The translations under genes and the position numbers were made by a program. From a phage: a DNA stretch of 64,000 nt. This document shows positions 27,130 through 34,384 of this stretch, piece after piece (within the stretch, counting starts at the first letter, position 1; every line of letters starts with the position of its first letter). The stretch lies in sequence record PX393110.1; one strand, 5' to 3'. The notes beneath the pieces were generated by a model. The model did no database searches. It had not been told where the DNA came from and saw nothing but the letters and a program-made list of their open reading frames with translations.

Positions 27130-27163
27130 CAAAAATGGGGTTAGGCCGTAGAGACCTAACCCC
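27130..27163 (-). terminator. promoter-proximal hairpin + U-run
   Basis: GGGGTTAGG-N9-CCTAACCCC followed by ATTTTTG. It lies between class-1 copy 6 and ATG 27112. Confidence 0.45.
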
Positions 27164-27179
27164 GTACGCCTCTGACACC

Positions 27180-27210
27180 TTAACAGCCTTTTAGGTCATC
27201 AAACAGGCGG
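27180..27210 (-). promoter_or_regulatory. class-1 motif copy 6
   Basis: CCGCCTGTTTGATGACCTAAAAGGCTGTTAA, 67 nt before ATG 27112. The BCCT stop lies inside the motif. Confidence 0.55.
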
Positions 27211-28581
27211 AGTTTCCTTAGCCAAGAATACTTTAGGTACAAAGATCTTGAGGAACCCGAATAGAATACACAATACCCCAATCAGTACCGGAACAGCCGA
27301 TACAGCTACCAGAGTCTTCGTTACAGTTACTACGTCGCCACCTGCCCAGTTAAGTGCAGCAGCAACTACACCCATGCTTACAATCCAGAATACACGAGTT
27401 CTAGGAGCGGTCATGGACTCTACCGTAATACCTGCTGAGTCATGACCTGTAATAAAGAACAGGATCACAGACACGAGGGTAATTACCGAGAATATCCATC
27501 CGCCTGGGAAATTAGCCAGAAGCTGGAAGATATCCTGAGCACCATGTTGTAGACCAGCTACACCGAATACGGTAAACCAGACGTTACTGATGATGGTAGG
27601 GAACAGTACACATCCGAGGATCAGTTCGCGAATAGTACGGCCGTAAGAGATACGTGCCACAAACGCTCCGACGAATAATGCCCAACCTACCCAGGCTGCA
27701 TAGTAAGCATAAGGCCAGCTAGCCAGCCATTGCTTCTCTTCAGCAGTACTGCCGATGTTTACTGACATAGGAATAATCTGGAGCAGATAGCTACCAGAAT
27801 AGGTGATGGTCTTCCAGAGGTATTCGAAGAATGTACCACTTACAGCAACGAATGCCATAATAGATAGAGCTACGATTACATTATATCTGGATAACCACTT
27901 AACCCCACGATCGACACCAGTTACGGCACTAAGTACAGTACCCAGAGTCAGGAGCGCGATAATGGTGTAAGGACCAACATCCACTCCCAGGAACTCTTTA
28001 AATCCGGAACTGATCGGGCCTACTGCGTAGACGAACGACAGGGTTAAGCCTATGATGGTAGAGAAGAGTAAGCTTATCGTATTAAGGTTATTCAGAGCTC
28101 GGGACTTGAATAACTGATTAAGCGGACGGTCTTCACCACGTACATGCAGTAAGTACCCGAATGCCACCCCTACGACTGCATAAACTGCCCATGCGTTAAG
28201 TCCCCAGTCAAAGAAGGTAGTTACCATATTCTGACGTTCGGACATACCCTCCTGCTGATGGTACATAGGTTCGAGTACACCATAATAAATCATGGATACA
28301 CCCATACCGGTACTAAACATCATGGAGTAATAGGTAAAGCGATTATATTTCGGAGCACCTTTACCCAGCTTAATGTTACCATGCTTGCTGAATACAAAGA
28401 ATGCCAGGAACGCTAGGAAGATCAGCGAAGACCAGGTAAATATGAATCCATACTGAGATATGAATACAGACTTACTCCAGTCCATTACAGCACCAAACTG
28501 GGTGGGAGCTAACATAATGGCGAGTATGATACCCACCGTTACTAGCACCGTCCCCCAGGTAACTACCTTTGAATCTGACAT
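27199..28581 (-). CDS. BCCT-family (betaine/carnitine/choline-type) transporter
   Basis: Polytopic membrane protein. SWPYAYYAAWVGWALFVGAFVARISYGRTIRELILGCVLFP aligns with the BCCT signature region (BetP [41 protein letters not shown]). Confidence 0.8.
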   Translation of the reverse strand: MSDSKVVTWGTVLVTVGIILAIMLAPTQFGAVMDWSKSVFISQYGFIFTWSSLIFLAFLAFFVFSKHGNIKLGKGAPKYNRFTYYSMMFSTGMGVSMIYYGVLEPMYHQQEGMSERQNMVTTFFDWGLNAWAVYAVVGVAFGYLLHVRGEDRPLNQLFKSRALNNLNTISLLFSTIIGLTLSFVYAVGPISSGFKEFLGVDVGPYTIIALLTLGTVLSAVTGVDRGVKWLSRYNVIVALSIMAFVAVSGTFFEYLWKTITYSGSYLLQIIPMSVNIGSTAEEKQWLASWPYAYYAAWVGWALFVGAFVARISYGRTIRELILGCVLFPTIISNVWFTVFGVAGLQHGAQDIFQLLANFPGGWIFSVITLVSVILFFITGHDSAGITVESMTAPRTRVFWIVSMGVVAAALNWAGGDVVTVTKTLVAVSAVPVLIGVLCILFGFLKIFVPKVFLAKETPPV

Positions 28582-28584
28582 TGA

Positions 28585-29493
28585 TTATTCCTCAATTACG
28601 CCCTTAGCGATTAACTGGCGACGGACGTATGCGTAGCCAGCAGGTGAAGTAGCGAGGACGATGTCCGCACTACGGAAGTTGGTTTCGATATAGAAGCACT
28701 CCTGAAGATCCCGCGTACAGAAGAGCTCAGTGCTCATCATACCCTCGCGTACGTTACATGCGTCTGCAACGAATTGCGCAACATCTTCGAAGTGGTCTAC
28801 CGAATGACTATAGCCGAATCCACGGGCATCAGTAGATATAACGTAGTTATGGCAGTACGGAGTGAAGTCAGTATCTTCGTAGGATTTACCCTGGATAGTG
28901 AAAATATCTGCATAATCCTTGAACCCGCTCGGGCTAACCAGAAGATCCCAGGCAACTACCATACCGTCGATAACATCTGCTTGAAGTACCAGAGAAGTAG
29001 TATATTCGTCCGGCGCCTTATCACAGACCAAAATTGGGGAGTCCCCCAGAAGGTCCGACATAGTGCCTGCACCCTTGCCCCCGTGAACACGATCACGGCG
29101 TACAAACGCCTCCTGAGGCTTCTGGTACAGTCTAAACGACGGTACAATCAGCGAATCAGGCATAGTTCCCAGATTAGCTTCGGAGCGAAGGCAGGATAAT
29201 TGGTCAGCTTTAGACCACGTACTTTCGATAGCGTGCAGATCGTTACCGATTTTGGTATAGATGTAGCTTTCCGGATTGCGGTACTTACCCTGATTCAGCT
29301 CTTCGATAACCGAGTCGAAATAAGGAAGTCGTACTGATCCCTCACGAGGAGCAGTTAACGCTACTGAACCATGCTTGGTATGATCCTGATCAACTACCAT
29401 AACCTGGTCCAGACTTACACCCATCTTAAGAATCTGGGATAGTGTAGCTGCTGTGTGGTTAGTGCAGCCAATCATCAAATCTAACTTCTTCAT
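28585..29493 (-). CDS. ATP-grasp-like ligase
   Basis: Gly-rich loop RVHGGKGAGT and the C-terminal CFYIETNFRSAD (E-x-N-x-R Mg-ATP motif of ATP-grasp enzymes). Moderate support. Confidence 0.45.
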   Translation of the reverse strand: MKKLDLMIGCTNHTAATLSQILKMGVSLDQVMVVDQDHTKHGSVALTAPREGSVRLPYFDSVIEELNQGKYRNPESYIYTKIGNDLHAIESTWSKADQLSCLRSEANLGTMPDSLIVPSFRLYQKPQEAFVRRDRVHGGKGAGTMSDLLGDSPILVCDKAPDEYTTSLVLQADVIDGMVVAWDLLVSPSGFKDYADIFTIQGKSYEDTDFTPYCHNYVISTDARGFGYSHSVDHFEDVAQFVADACNVREGMMSTELFCTRDLQECFYIETNFRSADIVLATSPAGYAYVRRQLIAKGVIEE

Positions 29494-29520
29494 TTTAATT
29501 CCTCAGTTAACTTGTACAAC

Positions 29521-29550
29521 CTAACAGCCTTTCGAACCCTAAAAAGAGCG
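29521..29550 (-). promoter_or_regulatory. class-1 motif copy 7 (variant)
   Basis: CGCTCTTTTTAGGGTTCGAAAGGCTGTTAG, 27 nt before ATG 29493. Confidence 0.5.
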
Positions 29551-29564
29551 AAATAATAGATATC

Positions 29565-29586
29565 TAGCCACCTCGTAAGATGGCTA
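29565..29586 (-). terminator. hairpin after methyltransferase gene
   Basis: TAGCCA-N10-TGGCTA followed by an AU-rich tract, upstream of class-1 copy 7. Confidence 0.3.
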
Positions 29587-29594
29587 TGTATATA

Positions 29595-30335
29595 TTACTT
29601 TAATTCGGAGAGATCTGCTATCTTCACCTTAGCTGTTACATCCCAGATTCCTTCACCAAATCCGGTATCTTCCAGCAGCTTAGGCACTTCACGTTTCTGT
29701 ACCTTAGACTGCTCGTACTTAAGCAGAGGAATATTACCGGTCTTATCCGATTGATCCCACAGATAAGTAGCAGCACCAATGTTATCGAACAGTGCGAGAT
29801 CTGGATTAAACTGGGTAAGGAGTCGGCAGTCCCAGTGAGATTTATGTTCCTCGAAAGGATTAGTCTCCGTACCACGCTGACGATACTCGTAGTTAGGAGT
29901 ACCGATCACGATTTTAGCCTTAGACTGGAATAGCTTAGACAACACCATAAGCCCATCTTCGCTATCCAGATGCTCCAACACATCTAGCCAGATAATAGTG
30001 CCGAATTTATCCAGCTCTTCAATAGGAAGATCTTTCAGCAGTTCAACGATATTGCAGATGTAGATATCGCTATATACATTTACACTGCCTTTGATGTAGT
30101 CTTCGCAGATGTCCAGACCTGTGATCTGACCTTCGAATCCTGCGTTACGGAGAGCTAGACCGATCTCTCCACGACCTAATCCCATATCCAGGATTGGCCC
30201 GGAGATAATTTCGTTACGGAGCATCCATTGGAGAAAGTGCTTCTGGACTAAGTAGGAGGTACCTCCGTTGCCCAGTGAAGCCTTCGTGACCTTAGTACCA
30301 GGAACGAAGTTACACTCGATATGTTTACCAAACAT
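29595..30335 (-). CDS. class I SAM-dependent methyltransferase
   Basis: Motif I ILDMGLGRGEIGLAL, acidic motif II GLDI, and IIWLDVLEHL. Confidence 0.7.
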   Translation of the reverse strand: MFGKHIECNFVPGTKVTKASLGNGGTSYLVQKHFLQWMLRNEIISGPILDMGLGRGEIGLALRNAGFEGQITGLDICEDYIKGSVNVYSDIYICNIVELLKDLPIEELDKFGTIIWLDVLEHLDSEDGLMVLSKLFQSKAKIVIGTPNYEYRQRGTETNPFEEHKSHWDCRLLTQFNPDLALFDNIGAATYLWDQSDKTGNIPLLKYEQSKVQKREVPKLLEDTGFGEGIWDVTAKVKIADLSELK

Positions 30336-30361
30336 GTTCTGTCCTCATTAGTTTCGACACC

Positions 30362-30392
30362 TTAACAGCCTTTGGAGCCGTAAAAGAAGCGG
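30362..30392 (-). promoter_or_regulatory. class-1 motif copy 8
   Basis: CCGCTTCTTTTACGGCTCCAAAGGCTGTTAA, 26 nt before ATG 30335 and 12 nt downstream of a canonical UUCG terminator. Confidence 0.65.
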
Positions 30393-30404
30393 TATTGTAC
30401 ATAT

Positions 30405-30434
30405 CCAAAAATTAGGGTGACCGAAGTCACCCTA
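30405..30434 (-). terminator. intrinsic terminator (UUCG tetraloop)
   Basis: UAGGGUGAC-UUCG-GUCACCCUA followed by AUUUUUGG, 6 nt after the topoisomerase stop. Confidence 0.7.
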
Positions 30435-30439
30435 GTTAG

Positions 30440-31687
30440 TTACAGTTTACCGATCATCTTCTGAATCATCTCATCAGAAGTCTGATTCTCTACCTTAGCA
30501 CGACGCTCTTGCAGATTAGCAATGCGGTCGTCGTGATCTTTCTTACGCAACATGCTAATGCTACGGCTAAGGCAGGAATTCAACACTTCCTGGGTAATAC
30601 CGAGAGCTTTGATGATCTGAGCATCAGACTTATCCTGCATAACCAGCTCGCCCACTTTAGGAAGAATCTGGTAAATCTCGATGTCTCGGTCAATCTTCTT
30701 AAGCGACTCAGTCTTATGGACGGAGAATGCCTGATTGTAGAGAGCCATCGTGACTGCAATCCAGTCGCGAATACCCATCGTCACCAATTGGCCATTATAA
30801 GCTACCTGGATACGATGCGAGCGGTTCATGTAAGCAATATTCATGCATGCTTCGTGAACCTCGTCCATATCGATGGTTCTGATACGTGGAGCCTTCATTA
30901 CTCGGATATAGATCTTATCCTTGGACATGTTCTTGACCAGGATCTTACCTTCGGACAGCCACTTATTCAGGAAGCCGATGCGAGGAGTAATCACCTCACC
31001 AGACCCGATGATGTCGATGGTATCGGTATTGACACGAGTCACCTTAAGGCTAAGACCGAGGCGACCTACACCAGTTTCCCACAGCTGCTTAAGGTCAGAC
31101 TTAGCAGGCACGATATCGTAACCGTACTGAGCCTTAAGCAGATTGTAGTCATCATGCTCATAAGCATCCAGCAGTGACTCATAGGTGAACGCTGGAATAC
31201 GAGACTGAATCCCCGTAGCCCATGAGAAGGTACCGTACATCAGAGCATACGGAATCGGCACCGGAAGGTACGCATATTCCATCTTCTCTTCACCTTCCAC
31301 CTGCGGAACATAGTCCGCTAAGCCGAAGTAGTACTCTGCACGATCTTCGTTCAGGCCAACCTTCGTGTAACGAGGAGCCGCACCAGGTACTTCTTCCAAC
31401 AGTTTCACACCGAAGGAACCCTGACCATCAATAGCTCCGATACGAGCCAGACGAGAGATAGTTCCATCGATAGACTGGTCGCCGAATGGGTGGAGCGACT
31501 GAGTCTCGGAGATAGCACTCAGAGTCCCAACCAGCTTCCCGCGAGCAATGCTATTCAGCGCCATGTAGATACGACGCTGAGCAGGAATCAGGCCATCGAT
31601 ACCAGGAACTACACGATGAAGAGCACAGTACACACTGTAGTCAGTGTAGTTCTTGGTGATGAATTCAGAAATCTTTACCTGTTCCAT
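30440..31687 (-). CDS. type II DNA topoisomerase, GyrA/T4 gp52-like cleavage subunit
   Basis: DGLIPAQRRIYMAL and the catalytic-Tyr segment GAAPRYTKVGL (GyrA AAMRYTE). Confidence 0.8.
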   Translation of the reverse strand: MEQVKISEFITKNYTDYSVYCALHRVVPGIDGLIPAQRRIYMALNSIARGKLVGTLSAISETQSLHPFGDQSIDGTISRLARIGAIDGQGSFGVKLLEEVPGAAPRYTKVGLNEDRAEYYFGLADYVPQVEGEEKMEYAYLPVPIPYALMYGTFSWATGIQSRIPAFTYESLLDAYEHDDYNLLKAQYGYDIVPAKSDLKQLWETGVGRLGLSLKVTRVNTDTIDIIGSGEVITPRIGFLNKWLSEGKILVKNMSKDKIYIRVMKAPRIRTIDMDEVHEACMNIAYMNRSHRIQVAYNGQLVTMGIRDWIAVTMALYNQAFSVHKTESLKKIDRDIEIYQILPKVGELVMQDKSDAQIIKALGITQEVLNSCLSRSISMLRKKDHDDRIANLQERRAKVENQTSDEMIQKMIGKL

Positions 31688-31689
31688 AA

Positions 31690-33675
31690 TTACTCCTTAA
31701 ACAGACCGTAGTCTTCTAACAGTTGGCGACGAGCACGAGATGAGTACAACAATTTACGAGCGGCATCGAGATGCTCTTCGTTATCATCGTAGGTGACCTG
31801 GATAAGACGGCGAGTCTTCGCATTCACGATGAACTGCTCAGTCTCTTCCTCTGTGTAGGAACCGAGACCCTTACGACGTTCGACATAGGACTTATCGAAG
31901 TCGATCTTATCCTTCTCATCGGCGTAGTAGAACTCGGTCTTCTTACCGTTCTTGACCACATAGAACGGAGCTTCGAGTTTATACAGACGACCATCCTTAA
32001 CCAGCTCAGGAGCATGGATGAGGAAGATTGAACTGATGAGATTACTGATGTGCTGACCATCCACATCCAGGTCAGTCATAATGATGACCTTACCGTAGCG
32101 TGCTTTATCCAGGTCGAACATAGAACCCATGCCGCAGCCGATAGTGTTAATGATCGCCAGCAGTTCTGGGTTATTCACGAACTCCATAATATCCATGGAA
32201 GCCGAGTTACGCATCTTACCACGGAGCGGAAGCACCGACTGATACTCGTTACGCAGTTTGATGATGTTACCCGAAGCAGACGGACCCTCTGTGATGAACA
32301 GTTCACGAAGATCCCAGCGGTCAGACGGAGATTCGTAGATCTTCGCCATGTCTCCGTCCATAGCGGCCTTACGATGATCGTCACCCATCACCAGCTTGGA
32401 TTTAATGAAGTCCATGTTGGAGAGTTTATTCAGGCTGGCTTTGTAAGCCAGGATCTTGGCAATCAGAGCATCGAAGAACTGCTTATTCTGCTCATAAACC
32501 AGGCTGAAGTAGAATGTGAGCTGACTAAGGCATTCTTTCTCATAGAAGAAGTACTCGCCATAATAGTCGTAATCATTGATCTGCTCATCATCCAGCATCA
32601 GCTGATTCTTGGCATAGATTTCCCAGTCGCTCCAGGACATACCGAGACCAGTCAGCTTCTCCTTAGTCTGGGAGGAGAATGCAGTACGGTAGCTGGAGAA
32701 GACGTTAGTGAACACGATCAGACCCAGCTTAGCATCACCAACAGTGATGGCCGAGTTGATTTTATTCAGCATGCCGCCGAGCGCTCTCGTGACCAATTTC
32801 TCATGCAGACCACCATGCGGGTTATTGATCAAGTTGATCATGTCCACGTGGGAGTAAGACATATTCTTATCAGAATAGCCCAGCTCTCCGGAGAATGTCA
32901 GACGATCGTTGAACGAGAACTCATACTTAACAGTAGAGTCCAGGAACAGCTTCTCATTTTCGGCAACATCCGCACGGAAGTCCCAGGTAGCCAGAGCTTC
33001 ACCATTTACGGTGATAGTGGCATCTCGACCAATCAGGGAGATCTTCAGAGGAACCGTGTCCACATCAGACCAGATGCTGCGGTACAGAGTAGCATCAGGA
33101 ACCAGGAAGACTGCTGTAGAGAAGTCAGTAGCCTTTAAGGTCTCCAGCACTTCATCCGGAATACCGTCATCGTGAAGATCGTTCAGATCATTGATTACGG
33201 CATCAATCTGCATGATACCACGACGGAAGCCAAGCACGTAGAACTGACCAGGCTCCATAGGGATGTGTGCCTTATCACCCTGCATAACACGGCGAATCAC
33301 GATAAAGCGCTCAGACACTGCGTTAACAGCAGAGCTACCTACACCGTGAGTACCGGAAGTGATTTCGCGGTTATCACCCAGCTTGGAACCTGCGTGAAGA
33401 TCTGTTACAGTAGAGAACAGGATTGACTTAGTCGGATCTTCCGGATCAGCGTAGATAGGAATGCCGCGACCGTTGTCGGTAACCAATTTATAGGATTCAC
33501 GGTTAATGATCTGCACCAGGTTGGCATGACCATTAAGCAGCTCATCCTCCGCGTTATTGATTATTTCCTGGAGAGGATGAGTGTAGTTAATCGGGTCGCC
33601 CAGATACATCGACACGTTCTGACGAACGTTATCAGGGTAACGCAATCTTGTGATTTCAATAGCATGTTCTGACAT
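31690..33675 (-). CDS. type II DNA topoisomerase, GyrB/T4 gp39-like ATPase-TOPRIM subunit
   Basis: EIINNAEDE, DNGRGIP, GTHGVGSSAVNA, TOPRIM ELFITEGPSASG, IMTDLDVDGQHI. ATG at 33675 with GGAG RBS. Confidence 0.85.
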   Translation of the reverse strand: MSEHAIEITRLRYPDNVRQNVSMYLGDPINYTHPLQEIINNAEDELLNGHANLVQIINRESYKLVTDNGRGIPIYADPEDPTKSILFSTVTDLHAGSKLGDNREITSGTHGVGSSAVNAVSERFIVIRRVMQGDKAHIPMEPGQFYVLGFRRGIMQIDAVINDLNDLHDDGIPDEVLETLKATDFSTAVFLVPDATLYRSIWSDVDTVPLKISLIGRDATITVNGEALATWDFRADVAENEKLFLDSTVKYEFSFNDRLTFSGELGYSDKNMSYSHVDMINLINNPHGGLHEKLVTRALGGMLNKINSAITVGDAKLGLIVFTNVFSSYRTAFSSQTKEKLTGLGMSWSDWEIYAKNQLMLDDEQINDYDYYGEYFFYEKECLSQLTFYFSLVYEQNKQFFDALIAKILAYKASLNKLSNMDFIKSKLVMGDDHRKAAMDGDMAKIYESPSDRWDLRELFITEGPSASGNIIKLRNEYQSVLPLRGKMRNSASMDIMEFVNNPELLAIINTIGCGMGSMFDLDKARYGKVIIMTDLDVDGQHISNLISSIFLIHAPELVKDGRLYKLEAPFYVVKNGKKTEFYYADEKDKIDFDKSYVERRKGLGSYTEEETEQFIVNAKTRRLIQVTYDDNEEHLDAARKLLYSSRARRQLLEDYGLFKE

Positions 33676-33711
33676 AGTTTCTCCGGTCAGGTTTAAATAA
33701 GCTCGCACAGT

Positions 33712-33742
33712 TTAACAGCCTTTGGAGGGCTCAAAGGAGCGG
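33712..33742 (-). promoter_or_regulatory. class-1 motif copy 9
   Basis: CCGCTCCTTTGAGCCCTCCAAAGGCTGTTAA, 36 nt before ATG 33675. The upstream stop lies inside the motif. Confidence 0.6.
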
Positions 33743-33994
33743 TTCTGGAAGAGCGTACCAACCAGACAGCTCAAAGAACTCATCCAGAGTTCCATTAAAG
33801 AAGGAGTCCAACTCCTTAGCCATTTCCCTGGCGAAGCGACCAGATTCGGTCGACATAACCACACGAGCTTCCTTCATGGGCTCCTTAACCACTTCGTACT
33901 GATCCTGGTTAGGGTAATATACAATGGCGCATTTCAGGTTTACCGACATAACCACCACCGTATTGAATTTAGTGACTTCGAGAAGCTTAACCAT
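33731..33994 (-). CDS. hypothetical protein
   Basis: ORF track. TAATG overlap with the upstream gene. Its stop lies inside a class-1 motif. Confidence 0.5.
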   Translation of the reverse strand: MVKLLEVTKFNTVVVMSVNLKCAIVYYPNQDQYEVVKEPMKEARVVMSTESGRFAREMAKELDSFFNGTLDEFFELSGWYALPEPLL

Positions 33995-34236
33995 TATGCA
34001 GCTTCCCCTGTGACTTTCAGGAACTCGGCCACTTCTTCTGCATCAAATTTGCAGGAAAACTTAGCGCATTCCATAACCGCTTCGAACAGGGTATTGAAGC
34101 TGGAGTCATAACCACCGATTTGGCTAGAGAAGTGAACATTGAACTTTGTATCGAGGCCTGGGGTGTGCTGAATTTCAGCAGAGTTAGCGATTGCAACCAG
34201 AACAGCACCACCACGTGAACTTTTGATTATAGCCAT
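33994..34236 (-). CDS. small hypothetical protein (class-2 cassette gene)
   Basis: ATG directly behind the class-2 leader TAATTTGGGATAAAATC. Confidence 0.55.
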   Translation of the reverse strand: MAIIKSSRGGAVLVAIANSAEIQHTPGLDTKFNVHFSSQIGGYDSSFNTLFEAVMECAKFSCKFDAEEVAEFLKVTGEAA

Positions 34237-34354
34237 GATTTTATCCCAAATTAGAAGAGCCGCAGCGGGAACGCCCCGCCACCCAAAAGAACGGGCTTAA
34301 AGACGGCTCATAAATCGTTTTATTTTTCATTATTTGAAAAATAAAATAATCTAC
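34237..34354 (-). promoter_or_regulatory. class-2 cassette e
   Basis: Core 34272..34304 TTAAGCCCGTTCTTTTGGGTGGCGGGGCG, then hairpin GCGGG-GCGTT-CCCGC and TAATTTGGGATAAAATC. AT inverted repeat TTTTATTTTTCA/TGAAAAATAAAA upstream. Confidence 0.55.
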
Positions 34355-34380
34355 ACAAAAATGGGGTCCGAAGACCCCAT
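34355..34380 (-). terminator. intrinsic terminator (UUCG tetraloop)
   Basis: AUGGGGUC-UUCG-GACCCCAU followed by UUUUGUG, 5 nt after the SbcCD-like stop. Confidence 0.7.
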
Positions 34381-34384
34381 CTAA

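Noticed and set aside
30509-33138. Plus-strand ORFs of 222 and 362 aa inside the two topoisomerase II genes
   Set aside because: They are antisense shadows of well-supported genes that carry clear GyrA/GyrB motifs. They have no RBS and no independent motifs.
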